Shown here: in pieces, positions 43,463 through 54,706 of the stretch | Layout: each line of letters starts with the position of its first letter | Numbering within the stretch: the stretch's first letter is position 1 | Source of the DNA: an uncultured virus (IMG/VR IMGVR_UViG_3300037461_001375) | Lineage: Duplodnaviria; Heunggongvirae; Uroviricota; Caudoviricetes | IMG/VR virus record: IMGVR_UViG_3300037461_001375 | DNA length: 64,000 bases | Strand: one strand, 5' to 3' | Made by a program: the position numbers and the translations under genes | The notes under the pieces: model-generated | Told to the model about the DNA's origin: nothing | Databases searched by the model: none | Seen by the model: only the letters and a program-made list of their open reading frames with translations

Positions 43463-46400
43463 TAGTTTGTCTCAATCGTCTTCACTGTACCGTTGGAAAA
43501 ACGAATTTTCAGATCCCCATCGGCTACGTCGACGTAGATCTTATTGAAACCGATAATGTCCGTTGATGGAGCAGTCATGGCAGGAATGGCAATACAACCA
43601 TTCACCTGACAGGCCACCGTCGAGTCAGGATTGATTCCAATTCCGAGACGACTGCTAATCCGAGTAGATTCTCCGTCGATGGCAAGTCGATTGTTTGTCC
43701 CGACCGTAGACGACTCAGAGACAACGAACTTGTCGCCGTCGCTGTTGTCGATCCCTACACTCCAACTTTTTGTTCCTGACAAAAGAAAGTGAATGAAAGA
43801 ATCGCCATCATTATCGTTCTCAATTTGCATCCAAGCATTCTGCCCAGAAGTGTCACGATACAGATGCAAAAGCGACGTAGGAGTCAGAGTTCCAGTTAAA
43901 ATTGTTGTGTCACTCTCCGGACTCAAAACCAGCGTACTTCGCAGAAGGTTTGCGGGAGTAACCGAAGTCATTGGAGCATAGTTTTCAAACAAGCCCCAAG
44001 CTCCATAATCTACACTTCCTGCGGCATCCACGTTTGTACCAAAAGAGATTGCTTTGATTCCGATAGCTGCACCACCAGAGCCAGAAGGCGAGTGATCAAC
44101 GCTAAATATGCCCCCCTGAAGCCAACCGACGTCCCCTTCGTTATTGTTTGTGATTTGTGAACTACTTGCGGTTATTGAGCCCCAAGTACCAACCGAGTCT
44201 TGCAAGAAAACGTAGCTTAACAAACCAAAAACACTTTGACTGATACCAGCAGAACAATCACTAGTAGCTTGAACTTGAAATCTACCACCATAAAGTTGAT
44301 AGGCCCATGTAGATGACAATTCAATGTTTTGAACAACGTCCAAGGATCTTGCGATTGCCGTGCCAGAACCAGTATTGGTAGACGGAGTAATCGTAACGTA
44401 CCCACTGTAGTCATGGGTCATACGAGAATCAGCCGTGATTTGTGGTCCAGTTCCGTACTGTTTTACGATAGAATTGGCAGTGAACGTGCCAACATTTCGC
44501 GGTGTTAACCAGTACTCTGTTGCAGTCTCAAACTGAGCGTTGATCCAGCCAGTTGATCCGCGATACAGCCGGACGGCCGAGTTTGGATTCACAGGCGTAG
44601 TCGCAGCATTGGTGATCCACTCCAAAGCAACAGTCGATGTGTCACAAATCAAATTCGCACGAAGAACGTCGTCCTCTTTGAAGGCAATCGCAACAGCATT
44701 GTCGGCCGTGTCAATCGTAAGCTTTCCACCACTCGGTCCACCGTATGTTCCGGAGAAGTCGAAGTTTACGCTGCCACCCTTGACGCGCAAAGCTTCTGTG
44801 CCACCAGTATCAGCTACCGTTAGTGCCGGATTGCCTCCCGCTGCAACAGAAATGCTTGCCGTTGTCGAAGTCAGTGCGAGAGTAGATGTTGCAACCCATG
44901 AAGATCCGGACCACCGCAAAGTATCATTGGTAGTTGCAGATCCGGGAACTGCTCCACCACCTCCGGTGCCAAATGGACCGATAACGGTGCCACCGGAAAG
45001 TTTGCAGTAAAGCCCGTCAGAAAGGGCATAAAAGTATTGATAGCCAGGATCAGGATTGCCAGAAGGTGACGCTGAACGTTCTACGATTACAAATTCATTG
45101 GTGGCATTTACTGCAAACTGAACTCCAGCAGTGTTGGTGAGAAGCAAAGTTTCCGCAGTTCCATTGTTTACCAATGCCATCAAAGGCGCAGCGTCGGAAG
45201 TGCTCGAATTGTAGAACACAGCTACTGGAGACAAACCAGCACTGCTAGTCTTAACGGCAACGATAGCTTGCCCATCTCCGGTAGTGCAGTAAATTGCTTC
45301 ACGAGAGGAGGAAAAAGCGAGAAGCCCACGACAAGTATCTGTGGCGTAAAAATAGCCTGCGTGAGTGCCAACGGAGCTTTGCACATGTAGAGCTGCATTT
45401 TTGTTGATTATAGCGTCATTTTCAATGTTTACAACACCGTAAGTATTTGTCGTGTAAATTTGAAGACGATTTTCTGAAGCATCAACAAAAAATAGTGGAT
45501 CGGCGGCTGTGTCAGCCCAGATTTTGAAATCTACGGTTGCCAACTGCTCAGGGTTGATTTCAAACAGACTGGTAGTAAACTTTGCTAGACTGGTAGTACC
45601 AGACAGAAAGTTTAGCAGCGTTCCACCAGACGTAGCTTGCTGAAGATGTAAAACAGGACCACCGGAGGATCCAAGTTCTGTTGCAAGAAAAACAGGTTCT
45701 GCCGTGGAAAGTGACGAGTTTCGCGAAAATCGTCCTGCACGTCCACTTGCAGCTCCAACAGCATAGATGCAATCAGTAGCAGCAGACGTTGCATAGATTG
45801 CATGGCCGCCAACTGTTGCTGCTTGTTGGAGAAACAAACAAGCTTGAGTTGTAGCGTCCATCGTAGAAATGAACAAACGATAGATCGACGAAGGCTCAGC
45901 TCCCATCCCGATTGAGTTGTACCCAGCGTCAATCGAAAAGAGATAAGCGTTTGTGTCGCCTTCAATGCGAAAATCGTAGTCTGCTCCGGAGTCGTTGATT
46001 ACCGTGTTCCGATCCGGTTGTCGCAAAACGTATTGTTCGTGATCATCCACATCTAAATTTAGCAGCGATGAGTGATCGCTCGTTCCACCACCTGTGCCTG
46101 CATCCCACGTTAAATTTCCAGATCCGTCAGTTTTTAAGTAATAATTTGCTGTCGGTCCTGCACTGGGCCAAGTGTATGTGTACGAACCAGATCCAGTATA
46201 CTTGTGTCTTGAATAGCCAGAGCCTGCAACATTATACAGAATCAAATCTGCAAGCTGAAGATCGCCAAACCCTGTGTCGCCATCCGTAATCTTTAGCTCA
46301 CCAGTATTTCCACGAATCAATCCAATATCTGGGAATCCGGAAGCTACACTGCTCGAATTGTTGAACAAAATTTCAACGGCGTCAGCAAGAAGCATTCGCC

Positions 46401-46872
46401 CATTGCTGCCACCAATATCGATACGGATTACCGGCGTTGCAACAAGCTTTATGTCTAGTCCTTGAACATTCGTTAAGCTCCAAGATCCAGTAACCACTTC
46501 AGGAGAAGCCAACCGAGCCAAAATCGAGCCATCGGCAATGTCAGCTTCCTGAATTGCGCGAAAGGCGGCTGCCGTAGAACTGGAGGCAATCAGTGCATGG
46601 TTGGCTGTCAATCCTGTGTAAGACAACTTGGAGTGAGCCAGCGAATTTAAGCTAGTATTTGAATGTTTGTGTCCGGGATCTACGCTAGACGAATTTTTAA
46701 GAAGATAGTCTAAACTTGTGGTAACAGCAGAACTGTTGACGCCAACCTTGGTTTGCAACGCAACAATCGCATCTTGGGGATCGTTAATGTGTTCAGCCAG
46801 AATTTCAGTTCCACCCGGATCATTAACTTTAGTGGAATAACTGTCAATCGTAGTGGGAAAATTGGTTGCCAT
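43462..46872 (-). CDS. tail fibre protein
   Basis: MATNFPT...HIND.QDAIVALQTKVG N-terminus, LKTDGSGNLTW, LGIG motifs; 1136 aa, after the tail tip. Confidence 0.75.
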   Translation of the reverse strand: MATNFPTTIDSYSTKVNDPGGTEILAEHINDPQDAIVALQTKVGVNSSAVTTSLDYLLKNSSSVDPGHKHSNTSLNSLAHSKLSYTGLTANHALIASSSTAAAFRAIQEADIADGSILARLASPEVVTGSWSLTNVQGLDIKLVATPVIRIDIGGSNGRMLLADAVEILFNNSSSVASGFPDIGLIRGNTGELKITDGDTGFGDLQLADLILYNVAGSGYSRHKYTGSGSYTYTWPSAGPTANYYLKTDGSGNLTWDAGTGGGTSDHSSLLNLDVDDHEQYVLRQPDRNTVINDSGADYDFRIEGDTNAYLFSIDAGYNSIGMGAEPSSIYRLFISTMDATTQACLFLQQAATVGGHAIYATSAATDCIYAVGAASGRAGRFSRNSSLSTAEPVFLATELGSSGGPVLHLQQATSGGTLLNFLSGTTSLAKFTTSLFEINPEQLATVDFKIWADTAADPLFFVDASENRLQIYTTNTYGVVNIENDAIINKNAALHVQSSVGTHAGYFYATDTCRGLLAFSSSREAIYCTTGDGQAIVAVKTSSAGLSPVAVFYNSSTSDAAPLMALVNNGTAETLLLTNTAGVQFAVNATNEFVIVERSASPSGNPDPGYQYFYALSDGLYCKLSGGTVIGPFGTGGGGAVPGSATTNDTLRWSGSSWVATSTLALTSTTASISVAAGGNPALTVADTGGTEALRVKGGSVNFDFSGTYGGPSGGKLTIDTADNAVAIAFKEDDVLRANLICDTSTVALEWITNAATTPVNPNSAVRLYRGSTGWINAQFETATEYWLTPRNVGTFTANSIVKQYGTGPQITADSRMTHDYSGYVTITPSTNTGSGTAIARSLDVVQNIELSSTWAYQLYGGRFQVQATSDCSAGISQSVFGLLSYVFLQDSVGTWGSITASSSQITNNNEGDVGWLQGGIFSVDHSPSGSGGAAIGIKAISFGTNVDAAGSVDYGAWGLFENYAPMTSVTPANLLRSTLVLSPESDTTILTGTLTPTSLLHLYRDTSGQNAWMQIENDNDGDSFIHFLLSGTKSWSVGIDNSDGDKFVVSESSTVGTNNRLAIDGESTRISSRLGIGINPDSTVACQVNGCIAIPAMTAPSTDIIGFNKIYVDVADGDLKIRFSNGTVKTIETN

Positions 46873-46877
46873 TTGTT

Positions 46878-47642
46878 TTACTCCCCCGCGGTCTTGCTGA
46901 TCGTGCAGATAACGTACAAATCGTTACCACCGGGTGTTGTGCTGCCAACACTTGTCACATCCAGCCGAAGAACGTCTCCAGCGTTTAGCTCCAAAGCTGT
47001 AACCGATTCGTTGATATATTTTGAGCCACTGGCGATAGTTGCTGTTCTAGTAGCATCAACAACATCAGTTCCATCAGGAGGCGAAGTAAGCTCCCCGGGC
47101 AATCTGGAAATTCGTACTGTCAGGCCGGAACCAACAGGAGCAGTGAGAACTCGTGCTCTAATGTTTGTTAAATATCCACTACGGTCCAAAAGTCTGCCCG
47201 CGTAGTTGTCCGTTACAGTCAGAGAGCCCTGAACCATGAACACTACCGTTGGAGGTAGTAAGTTTTCGTCAACGTAGCCTTTTGTGGCTACCTCCATAGA
47301 ATCGGAGGGTTCATCGTCCATCGTGAACTGCTCTAAAGCTGTTCGGTTGCCCCCAGTAAGTGAAAGCTTATCATCGAGTAAATCTTGGAAGTCTTCAGTT
47401 GGAGTTCCATCACTTGTAGCTAGATCAATCCAATCCGTCCCATCCCAAACTTTTAGAATCCACGGTGACGAGGACGTGTCCCACCACATCGTTCCGTCTA
47501 CAAAGTCGATTTCAGGAGTAATATTTTCAGGAGACGTTGGCCCAGCGAACAAAGAATAGCAAGACTTCAGAGCATCAATGAGCATTGACGCAAAAGCGTC
47601 GCCATTCAAACTTTTGTCTAAGGCTGTAGAGTTTTGAGCCAT
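46878..47642 (-). CDS. tail fibre/baseplate-associated protein
   Basis: GTMWWDTS...LKVWDGTDW and ATKGYVD fibre motifs. Confidence 0.7.
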   Translation of the reverse strand: MAQNSTALDKSLNGDAFASMLIDALKSCYSLFAGPTSPENITPEIDFVDGTMWWDTSSSPWILKVWDGTDWIDLATSDGTPTEDFQDLLDDKLSLTGGNRTALEQFTMDDEPSDSMEVATKGYVDENLLPPTVVFMVQGSLTVTDNYAGRLLDRSGYLTNIRARVLTAPVGSGLTVRISRLPGELTSPPDGTDVVDATRTATIASGSKYINESVTALELNAGDVLRLDVTSVGSTTPGGNDLYVICTISKTAGE

Positions 47643-50600
47643 TAGTACCCTCTAGCAAACCATTCGACATCGCGGGAAACGTAAGAGCCAAATACGTCTA
47701 GTACCCTGACATCAAATGATGATTCCGTAACGTTCGCTACTTGAGCCCGGTCGCCTACATTCGCATCCTGAACCGAAACTACGATTTTTGGGTTCGAATT
47801 GAATGTGAAACCTGTTCCATAGGCTACCGTAACATAGGCACCAGTGGTGGCTATTGTCGTCACTGTGCCTGTTCGGGTTACGTCTGGAACGTCGGCTGTC
47901 CATCTGAATTTCGAGAGGATCGCGAATATGTTAGCACGTTTGCTTTGAAGCCTGAAGCGAACTTGGAAGGCTATTCCCAACAAAGCGACAGGCGAGGCCA
48001 TGGATGACCAAGGATTCCATTTTGCAAGTAGTCCTTGTCCCCTAGAGGAGGCAGCCCCATACGGAATTGTCTCCTCGATGTAGATGATTCCCCGGTCTCC
48101 GGAAAATCCGGCAATGGTGAAAGTGCCATTCAGCTCGAAGGCATCAAAGCCAGATACCTCGATTGAGTCTCCAACTTGGAAGCCTTCATCAAATGAATCT
48201 CCGTAGATGAAGAATCCGGTTGCAGGATTGAAGTACAGATCACCAGAAAAAAATGTTGATGCAGCTCTAACTTGAGGTTCGCCTTCAACAAACTCTGCCA
48301 CACTAGTTCTTCCGATTTGACCAACTGTCTGAATTTGCTCCAGTTCAGAAAATCGGGATGTGGGTAGAGCAATCAAATCAAAGTCTGAGCTGAACGAGAT
48401 AACTTCGTTTGAAGTTAGAATCAAAGTATTATTGGCTGTTGGGTAGTAGAAGCCTTCCTGATTGGGATAACACTTTACGTATCCCTCAGGTGTAACTTCA
48501 AGGTTCACCAAACCATTGTACGTCAGAGCTACCTCTGCAAGTTTTCTGACGTTGTAGTAAGGTAGTTCAAGATTTTCATTGTGAAATGCAATCTCGTCGA
48601 TCACACCCTCGAAGTAGTTGGAGCCTTTTCGGCCAATCCAAAGAGTGTCAATGTCGGGATCTCCCAGTTCTGAAGCTTTATCGACTCCAAACGTATACAG
48701 ACCAAAGCGTCGTCCATTCAAGTAAACAACGAAGAGGCCGCCCCAACTAGAATCGTGGCTTGCGAAGAAGTGATACTTTCTGTCCGCTTCGATGACCACA
48801 TCGGAGATGACGAATTCATGCTTTGTTCCTGATTCATCGTAAGCATCGACTGCCAAATTATTCGAAGCATTGACCCTAACATACAAAGCAACCTTAGAGC
48901 CACCGTCTTGAAAAATGTAAACAAGAGGATCTTCAACGTCTTCCCGATGTCGCCGAAAAATAAAGGAAATGCTTTGGTAGTCTTCGTTAACTAAAGTACT
49001 TGAAGGCCAACCCATATACATATACTGATTAACGCCATCAAAAATTCGTGCGCCGTCGTCGTCGTTAGGAATCAGCGACGACGTTAGCGTCAACTCTGTT
49101 GGATCCATCAAGCCACGAAGTCCGTTACCAGAAACTTCGGGAAGATCTAACGTACCACGTTCGGCCAACTCAATAAATATAGAACAATAGTAACTTTCTA
49201 TGAAGCTATAGTAAGCTTTTGGATCTGAAATAAAGTTTCCCGTTGCAGCATTCCACAGCGATTGAACAAGGGCTAAATTATTGAAGTTGTAGATTGTGTG
49301 ATACGAAAATCCAAAAGCATATCCGGAAAAGTGATCAGTAAGGTCAGAGTTGCTCCCGATGATAATTGTTCCATCTTGAGGTGTATACTCAACATTTTCA
49401 AAAGCTTTTACAAGGGAGGAACTAACGTAGATTTCTAAACGCTTTGTGTTTCCATTGTAGGAGAACACAAACATATAGAAAGGAATTGAGGCAGGAACAT
49501 TCGTTGGCAAGCCAAGCCCAGAAATTACTCCCGTAGAATGAGTTACAGAGTCGCTATCGGTAAAGCTTATCCCAGAAACTGAATCATCGAAGTGAAAAAG
49601 CTCGCCACCGGGGAGTGAAAAAAGTGGACCCTGTGCTGTGTCAGAAACCCAAAGCACAAATGTCCACGAAGGAGACATTTCCACATTTGGCAGCTCTATG
49701 TGCAAACCATTTGCGGGAAGCGAAAAGTTATCAACTTTCAAACAGTATTGGTTTGTCAGAGAAAGCGGGGCTCGGGTAGATCGAAACTGAATTTCTGCTG
49801 GAACGCCATCAACAACGTAAGCTCCAGATGGATAGGAGTCCTGTGTGATTCTATCGTAGACTTCTGGAAATTTTCTTGGAAAGTTACCTAGTCTTTGATA
49901 CAGAAACACATCAAAACTTTTAATTAGAGACTCGTAGTCGCACGATCCGGAATCAGCCGAGAATGGGATTTCTGTATTCGAAACAAAAATGTTTTCAATA
50001 AAAGCTTCCGAGTTTTCAATCGTAACTGAAGACTTTGGACCGTATCTTGAGGGACGACCAGCAACGTCTGCTTCAGTAGCGTCAACCGGATCGCCACAGC
50101 GAATTGCTATCAGATAAATGCCGTCTCCCTGAACTACGGCACGCTTCTCTCGCGTGTAGGCAATGGGAGAAGCAACCGACCAGAGAGCCGTAAGATCATC
50201 AGGGTCCAAATCTGGATAGATGTCTAGCAGAATGCTTGGAAGCTCAAGAGGAGCTTTTCGAATTTCGTAAATTTCGTCTGCTAGAATAACATCCTCAGGA
50301 TTCCACGTCAGAACAAGTTCGCGTCTACGAGCTGCCGCTGCGCTGAACATGAACGAAAAGTTATTGACAGCGGGAACACCTTTGCAAAAAACATCCCCAG
50401 TTACACGAAAATAATGGGTGGGAACATCAGACTCTAGCTGAACGTTTACGCCATAAATATTGTAGCTCAAAAACTTAAATTGTAGATTCCGTTCAGTCAG
50501 GGCTCTAGTAACTTGCATCTTCAAAATATTGGTTTGTGCCTCAAAAAAGAAACCAAGTGATGCGAAGTAACTTCCGACGCGAACAGGTGCTGGCGTAGTT

Positions 50601-52576
50601 CCAAAAGCGCTGCGATAGACAGGGCTAAGGTCGTAAGTGTTTCGTCCGCTAGAGTCGGTGGATACTAGAGTGGCTGTTTCGTAGGAAACAATTTCGTAGT
50701 TTCCTGCGAAGCCTAAAAAGTAGGGATTCCGAAACAGTGCAGCGTCTTCTTGAGAATAGTTGGAAAGCTGAACGTTTGGACGCGAAAGAGTAACTCTCAA
50801 AGGATCATTCGTGCGAGTAACCGTACGAGTACCAACCGAAAATTGTTCCGTCGACGAGGTATATGCCGTTGTAACAGTACCAATCTGTGTTGCAGCGTTT
50901 CTGACATTGCCAATGTATCGGAAGGTCTCGCCACCGTCTTCCGACATCAAGACACGCGCGCCACCCCAGTTTCGGTTACTGGATGTGCCCATCAACCAGA
51001 AAGAGAAAAAGCCTTGAGCCAAGCGATACGTAGGTTCAAAGATCAAAGCTACTTGAACATTTCCCGGATCAGCTAGAACATCGGGAAGATCAAATTCAGG
51101 AGGTTGGTGTTCGTATACAACCTCAGTACCAATGTTCGTGTGGTACTCTTCGAATTCAAATTGAAGTTTTCCGTCTTCAGACTCTTCGATACTTTTTACA
51201 CGAACAAGAGTTTCAGATTCCTCAAACTCGGCATGAGTAAGTGTTACAAAGTCTTCTGGATCCAGCAACACAAAGCGCCAGCCAAGAATGGCAGAGTACC
51301 GATTCTTCTGTGTCGTCTTTTGTTGCGCGATAAGTGTTAAAGCCCGACGCGCCACTGTTCCGTCGCAAAAAACTTTTCCATCAATGCTAGGCGCGTCTCG
51401 TCTTCCGATAGTCGCTACGCTGGCTTCGTCCGTGTATTCAACAGTGGCACTGGAATAGTCCAAAGCCCTGTCGGAAAAGTCCATCGTGAAAACATTGTAA
51501 ATATCTTCGGCTGCCGTTGAAGATTCTCGGGAGAATGATTCAGCCTCAAAGTCGTCCTCATCCAAAGAATAGATTACTTCAATTTCTCCGTCAGAGTTAA
51601 AAAATTGAGGGACATATCTCCTAGATCTTGCGTACAAAATGTTTGAATACTGAGGCGTAAAATCATACTGAGCAGGAGAATCCGTTTTTGGAATTATTTT
51701 CAGAAAGCCCTGTGTAAAAACTGCGTCAGAGTTTGTTGCCTCAAGGATCTCAGAGATTATTGACAACGTAGTAACTTGGTCATCAACAAGTAAATTTATA
51801 GGTAAGTCGTAGGCTAAAACAAAGTCGGAATACTTTGAAAAGCTTCCAAAATGCTGAAGCATTTGTGGCACAGAGCCGTAGATCGGATTCCCGGTAAGAA
51901 ACAAAATAACATCAGATGCGTCAACGCCAATGACGTCGCCAAGTGTGTATTGTGTAGCTGGCGTAATCAAAAGATCAGTTGTTGCTAAACCTTCAGCCTC
52001 AAAATTAAAATTTGGCATCTGAGGCTGATTGGAAAGAAAAATTGCCGATTTGCCAAAGTAAGCGGTGCGCTTGTATGCCAAGGGAAGCGAAGGGGGTGGA
52101 AACCACAAAACGCTAGCCCAAGGCAATGCAAAGCCAACACCGATAGTTTCGTTGTATGGAGTTTGCTCGTTGGTGCCTCTGGCGTAAAAAAAGTCAGTGC
52201 GCCCGGCTTCTGTTTCCACGAACGCATCAATGATTGAGTTTTCTGTTAGGACAGATTCAAGATTTGGATACTTCAAAATATAGCCGGAGCTTGCTTTCCA
52301 AATTAAGCGAAGACGACGAATTGGCCCCTCGCAAAGGCCCACCATTGCACTGACGATGTACTCTTCCTGAGTCGATGATGGAGTCCCACCAAACACAGGC
52401 TTTTCGACATCACCAATCAAGTATGACTGAGCATTGGCAATCCAGATAAAGTTTCCGGAAAGCCGTGTTCGCCCAAAAACTAAGGCAATAGGTCGACCAA
52501 GAGCCGAAGTCGAAATTTGAATTCCGGAAGGCTTTGGTGCTTCTGAAGATACGGGCGAGCTAAACAGTCCACTCAT
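47642..52576 (-). CDS. tail tip / host-specificity protein (phage-tail_3 type) with LamG insertions
   Basis: GRPIALVFGRTRLSGNFIW, GLCEGPI, PNFNFE, FKFLSYNIYG; two LamG-like segments; start reassigned to ATG 52576. Confidence 0.85.
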   Translation of the reverse strand: MSGLFSSPVSSEAPKPSGIQISTSALGRPIALVFGRTRLSGNFIWIANAQSYLIGDVEKPVFGGTPSSTQEEYIVSAMVGLCEGPIRRLRLIWKASSGYILKYPNLESVLTENSIIDAFVETEAGRTDFFYARGTNEQTPYNETIGVGFALPWASVLWFPPPSLPLAYKRTAYFGKSAIFLSNQPQMPNFNFEAEGLATTDLLITPATQYTLGDVIGVDASDVILFLTGNPIYGSVPQMLQHFGSFSKYSDFVLAYDLPINLLVDDQVTTLSIISEILEATNSDAVFTQGFLKIIPKTDSPAQYDFTPQYSNILYARSRRYVPQFFNSDGEIEVIYSLDEDDFEAESFSRESSTAAEDIYNVFTMDFSDRALDYSSATVEYTDEASVATIGRRDAPSIDGKVFCDGTVARRALTLIAQQKTTQKNRYSAILGWRFVLLDPEDFVTLTHAEFEESETLVRVKSIEESEDGKLQFEFEEYHTNIGTEVVYEHQPPEFDLPDVLADPGNVQVALIFEPTYRLAQGFFSFWLMGTSSNRNWGGARVLMSEDGGETFRYIGNVRNAATQIGTVTTAYTSSTEQFSVGTRTVTRTNDPLRVTLSRPNVQLSNYSQEDAALFRNPYFLGFAGNYEIVSYETATLVSTDSSGRNTYDLSPVYRSAFGTTPAPVRVGSYFASLGFFFEAQTNILKMQVTRALTERNLQFKFLSYNIYGVNVQLESDVPTHYFRVTGDVFCKGVPAVNNFSFMFSAAAARRRELVLTWNPEDVILADEIYEIRKAPLELPSILLDIYPDLDPDDLTALWSVASPIAYTREKRAVVQGDGIYLIAIRCGDPVDATEADVAGRPSRYGPKSSVTIENSEAFIENIFVSNTEIPFSADSGSCDYESLIKSFDVFLYQRLGNFPRKFPEVYDRITQDSYPSGAYVVDGVPAEIQFRSTRAPLSLTNQYCLKVDNFSLPANGLHIELPNVEMSPSWTFVLWVSDTAQGPLFSLPGGELFHFDDSVSGISFTDSDSVTHSTGVISGLGLPTNVPASIPFYMFVFSYNGNTKRLEIYVSSSLVKAFENVEYTPQDGTIIIGSNSDLTDHFSGYAFGFSYHTIYNFNNLALVQSLWNAATGNFISDPKAYYSFIESYYCSIFIELAERGTLDLPEVSGNGLRGLMDPTELTLTSSLIPNDDDGARIFDGVNQYMYMGWPSSTLVNEDYQSISFIFRRHREDVEDPLVYIFQDGGSKVALYVRVNASNNLAVDAYDESGTKHEFVISDVVIEADRKYHFFASHDSSWGGLFVVYLNGRRFGLYTFGVDKASELGDPDIDTLWIGRKGSNYFEGVIDEIAFHNENLELPYYNVRKLAEVALTYNGLVNLEVTPEGYVKCYPNQEGFYYPTANNTLILTSNEVISFSSDFDLIALPTSRFSELEQIQTVGQIGRTSVAEFVEGEPQVRAASTFFSGDLYFNPATGFFIYGDSFDEGFQVGDSIEVSGFDAFELNGTFTIAGFSGDRGIIYIEETIPYGAASSRGQGLLAKWNPWSSMASPVALLGIAFQVRFRLQSKRANIFAILSKFRWTADVPDVTRTGTVTTIATTGAYVTVAYGTGFTFNSNPKIVVSVQDANVGDRAQVANVTESSFDVRVLDVFGSYVSRDVEWFARGY

Positions 52577-53042
52577 GAGGCACTCTCGGGGCCCAAATTG
52601 AATCCAACGTACACGAAGGAATTCGCGTGTATTCAGATTCAATTACACACTTAATGTTTTGGTATGCGTGAATTACTCGCGGCCAATCGGAAACCAAAGC
52701 GCCATGTGTTGCTCTAGCACGATCGCTCTTATGAGAAAGTTTAACGTTGAAAACTACAACGTCCCCCGGTGCGGGAGTGGGGTAGTCGGCTTCATCACAA
52801 AGCGAAGCAATGATTTTTCTGTATAGTTTTTGACCGCGAAGCAGCATTCCAATACCTTCCCGATAAGGCTGTATGGGAAGGTCGCCAATCAGCCCAACAT
52901 TTTGGTATACACGAACCAGCAAATATGCGCAGTCAACGCCGGAACCTTTTACGCCAGCGCAAGCGTGATACGGAGTTCCCAACCAAGAGCGTGCTTCGGA
53001 AACAAGAAGCGGACGAACGGCATGGTCACGAGCACAAGTCAT
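52560..53042 (-). CDS. NlpC/P60 tail peptidase
   Basis: ARSWLGTPYH...GVDC, PGDVV, HGA, IHA. Confidence 0.9.
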   Translation of the reverse strand: MTCARDHAVRPLLVSEARSWLGTPYHACAGVKGSGVDCAYLLVRVYQNVGLIGDLPIQPYREGIGMLLRGQKLYRKIIASLCDEADYPTPAPGDVVVFNVKLSHKSDRARATHGALVSDWPRVIHAYQNIKCVIESEYTRIPSCTLDSIWAPRVPHEWTV

Positions 53043-54706
53043 ACGATCGCAACCATAGAATCGTTGGGTGGCGTCAGAGGAAAACCACGAAAGTTTGCAG
53101 AGTTGTTAAATTTAGAACCACAGGTTTCCAAACGTTTGTCACAACCCGGATAAAAGTATACCAGAGTTCCATGTTCCGGTTTTGACGGCAGAGGAGAAGC
53201 AAGCGTTACTCGGCCAGCGTCGCTTGATTTTATGGGTCGGCGCAGACCACGCATAAATCCATCACCAATTTCAATGTAGCCCAACGTGAAGAAATCTGCG
53301 CGAGAAGGAAAGCCAACAAACTGTGTACTTGGATACAAAACAGTTTGTGTGCTTGAAAAAGTTATTCGCTTTGTCCTGACGTGGGATTCACGAGCAACCC
53401 CACACCCAGTGCCGTACAATTCCCAGCCACAACCTGCCCGATACAAATTTCGAGGCGTAGGGGCTTCCAAAAGAGCCAGAACGCTTTTCACTTCCAGCTC
53501 TAGCCTACCGGGACTTGATTCAACAGTATTTACAAAACCGGAAAACCTTTTAAGCGTTCCAGTCATCGGAAGTATTGGGCCGTGTGTTCCAACTTGAGAA
53601 ATATCAAAAATAACAGGAGACGGAGTTTCCCCTTCTGGAGCAGGCCAAGCAGGATTCGGAGGAGAGAACGCTCTGTATAGGTCTACGGTTGCATTCTCTA
53701 AGTAGTGGCCTTTGGCTGCCGCCATGTAGGAAATACCAAGGGATGAAATTGTATCCTCTAGCGTTGGATACATAATCATTTGAAGCGAAGAAACTTCAAG
53801 TCCTGTCTTTTCCGAAATCACTGAGCGTTCGACTGGAATGGAAGATTTTACAGAAAACACGATTCCTGTGCGAGCAGCATAATGGCGAAGGATAGTGGTT
53901 TGAGACAGAGGATATGGATACACAGCAACATGAGCCATTCGTCCAACAGCTCTGAGGCTTCCAGAGCCACCAAGCTCAAATGTTGGATCCGTATCTAGTA
54001 AATGTTCTTCAATGCCAGAAACTGACTGACAAAGTTCGCCATCCAAGTACAGAGACAGGGTGTATCCATCCCAAGTACAAACGATATGGTGCCAAACACC
54101 AGAAGTAGCCTTAGCAATATTTCCGATCACCTTGTGTGTGGCCGCAAGAGTATCTGCCACAGAAAAATGAAAGCCCCCGTCACTCAGAGGGTCAGTATCC
54201 CACCATAGCTGGAAAAAGCCATTCGTGTTTCTGAGTAACAAGTTATCCAAAGCGCCACTTGGTGCTGAGTTGGCATAGAACCAACACTCATAGGAAAACG
54301 CACGAAGAACTCTGAATTTTTGTTCTTGTCCTAGAGTGAACGAAGTATTCGGAGAAAGCTTAAAATTCCCGTCAAAGTCAATGCTTGTCTCGGAGGAGTA
54401 ATCACCATCCGAAATTGGGGAGGTTGCTGAATGTTGAATCGTTCCAACTACACTTAGGTTGATTCCTCCCGGTAGCTCATCTGTAGCCCAATCATCAACG
54501 TCAGGAACCTTGCTCAAGGGATAGTAAGCTATTGGGTGATCCCCGATAATCACATCACGATAGTTTTGACGAATACTGACGTCTCCGGATACGAGCAAAA
54601 TTTCTTGCCCTGAAACCAACAAAATGCGATACAAGTCCGCCATGAAGAAATCATTGTAGTCGGATCCTGTAAGTAAGGAAACAAGTTTTCTTGAAGCTAA
54701 CTTCAT
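53039..54706 (-). CDS. baseplate hub DUF2163/BR0599 with LamG insertion
   Basis: C..LY..GC and PGCDK..ETC..KFNN..NFRGFP; WHHIVCTWDG..LYLDG; start ATG 54706. Confidence 0.88.
   Translation of the reverse strand: MKLASRKLVSLLTGSDYNDFFMADLYRILLVSGQEILLVSGDVSIRQNYRDVIIGDHPIAYYPLSKVPDVDDWATDELPGGINLSVVGTIQHSATSPISDGDYSSETSIDFDGNFKLSPNTSFTLGQEQKFRVLRAFSYECWFYANSAPSGALDNLLLRNTNGFFQLWWDTDPLSDGGFHFSVADTLAATHKVIGNIAKATSGVWHHIVCTWDGYTLSLYLDGELCQSVSGIEEHLLDTDPTFELGGSGSLRAVGRMAHVAVYPYPLSQTTILRHYAARTGIVFSVKSSIPVERSVISEKTGLEVSSLQMIMYPTLEDTISSLGISYMAAAKGHYLENATVDLYRAFSPPNPAWPAPEGETPSPVIFDISQVGTHGPILPMTGTLKRFSGFVNTVESSPGRLELEVKSVLALLEAPTPRNLYRAGCGWELYGTGCGVARESHVRTKRITFSSTQTVLYPSTQFVGFPSRADFFTLGYIEIGDGFMRGLRRPIKSSDAGRVTLASPLPSKPEHGTLVYFYPGCDKRLETCGSKFNNSANFRGFPLTPPNDSMVAIV

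Noticed and set aside
43462..54706. Diversity-generating retroelement or invertible tail-fibre cassette
   Set aside because: No reverse transcriptase, invertase or near-identical TR/VR pair was seen in this window
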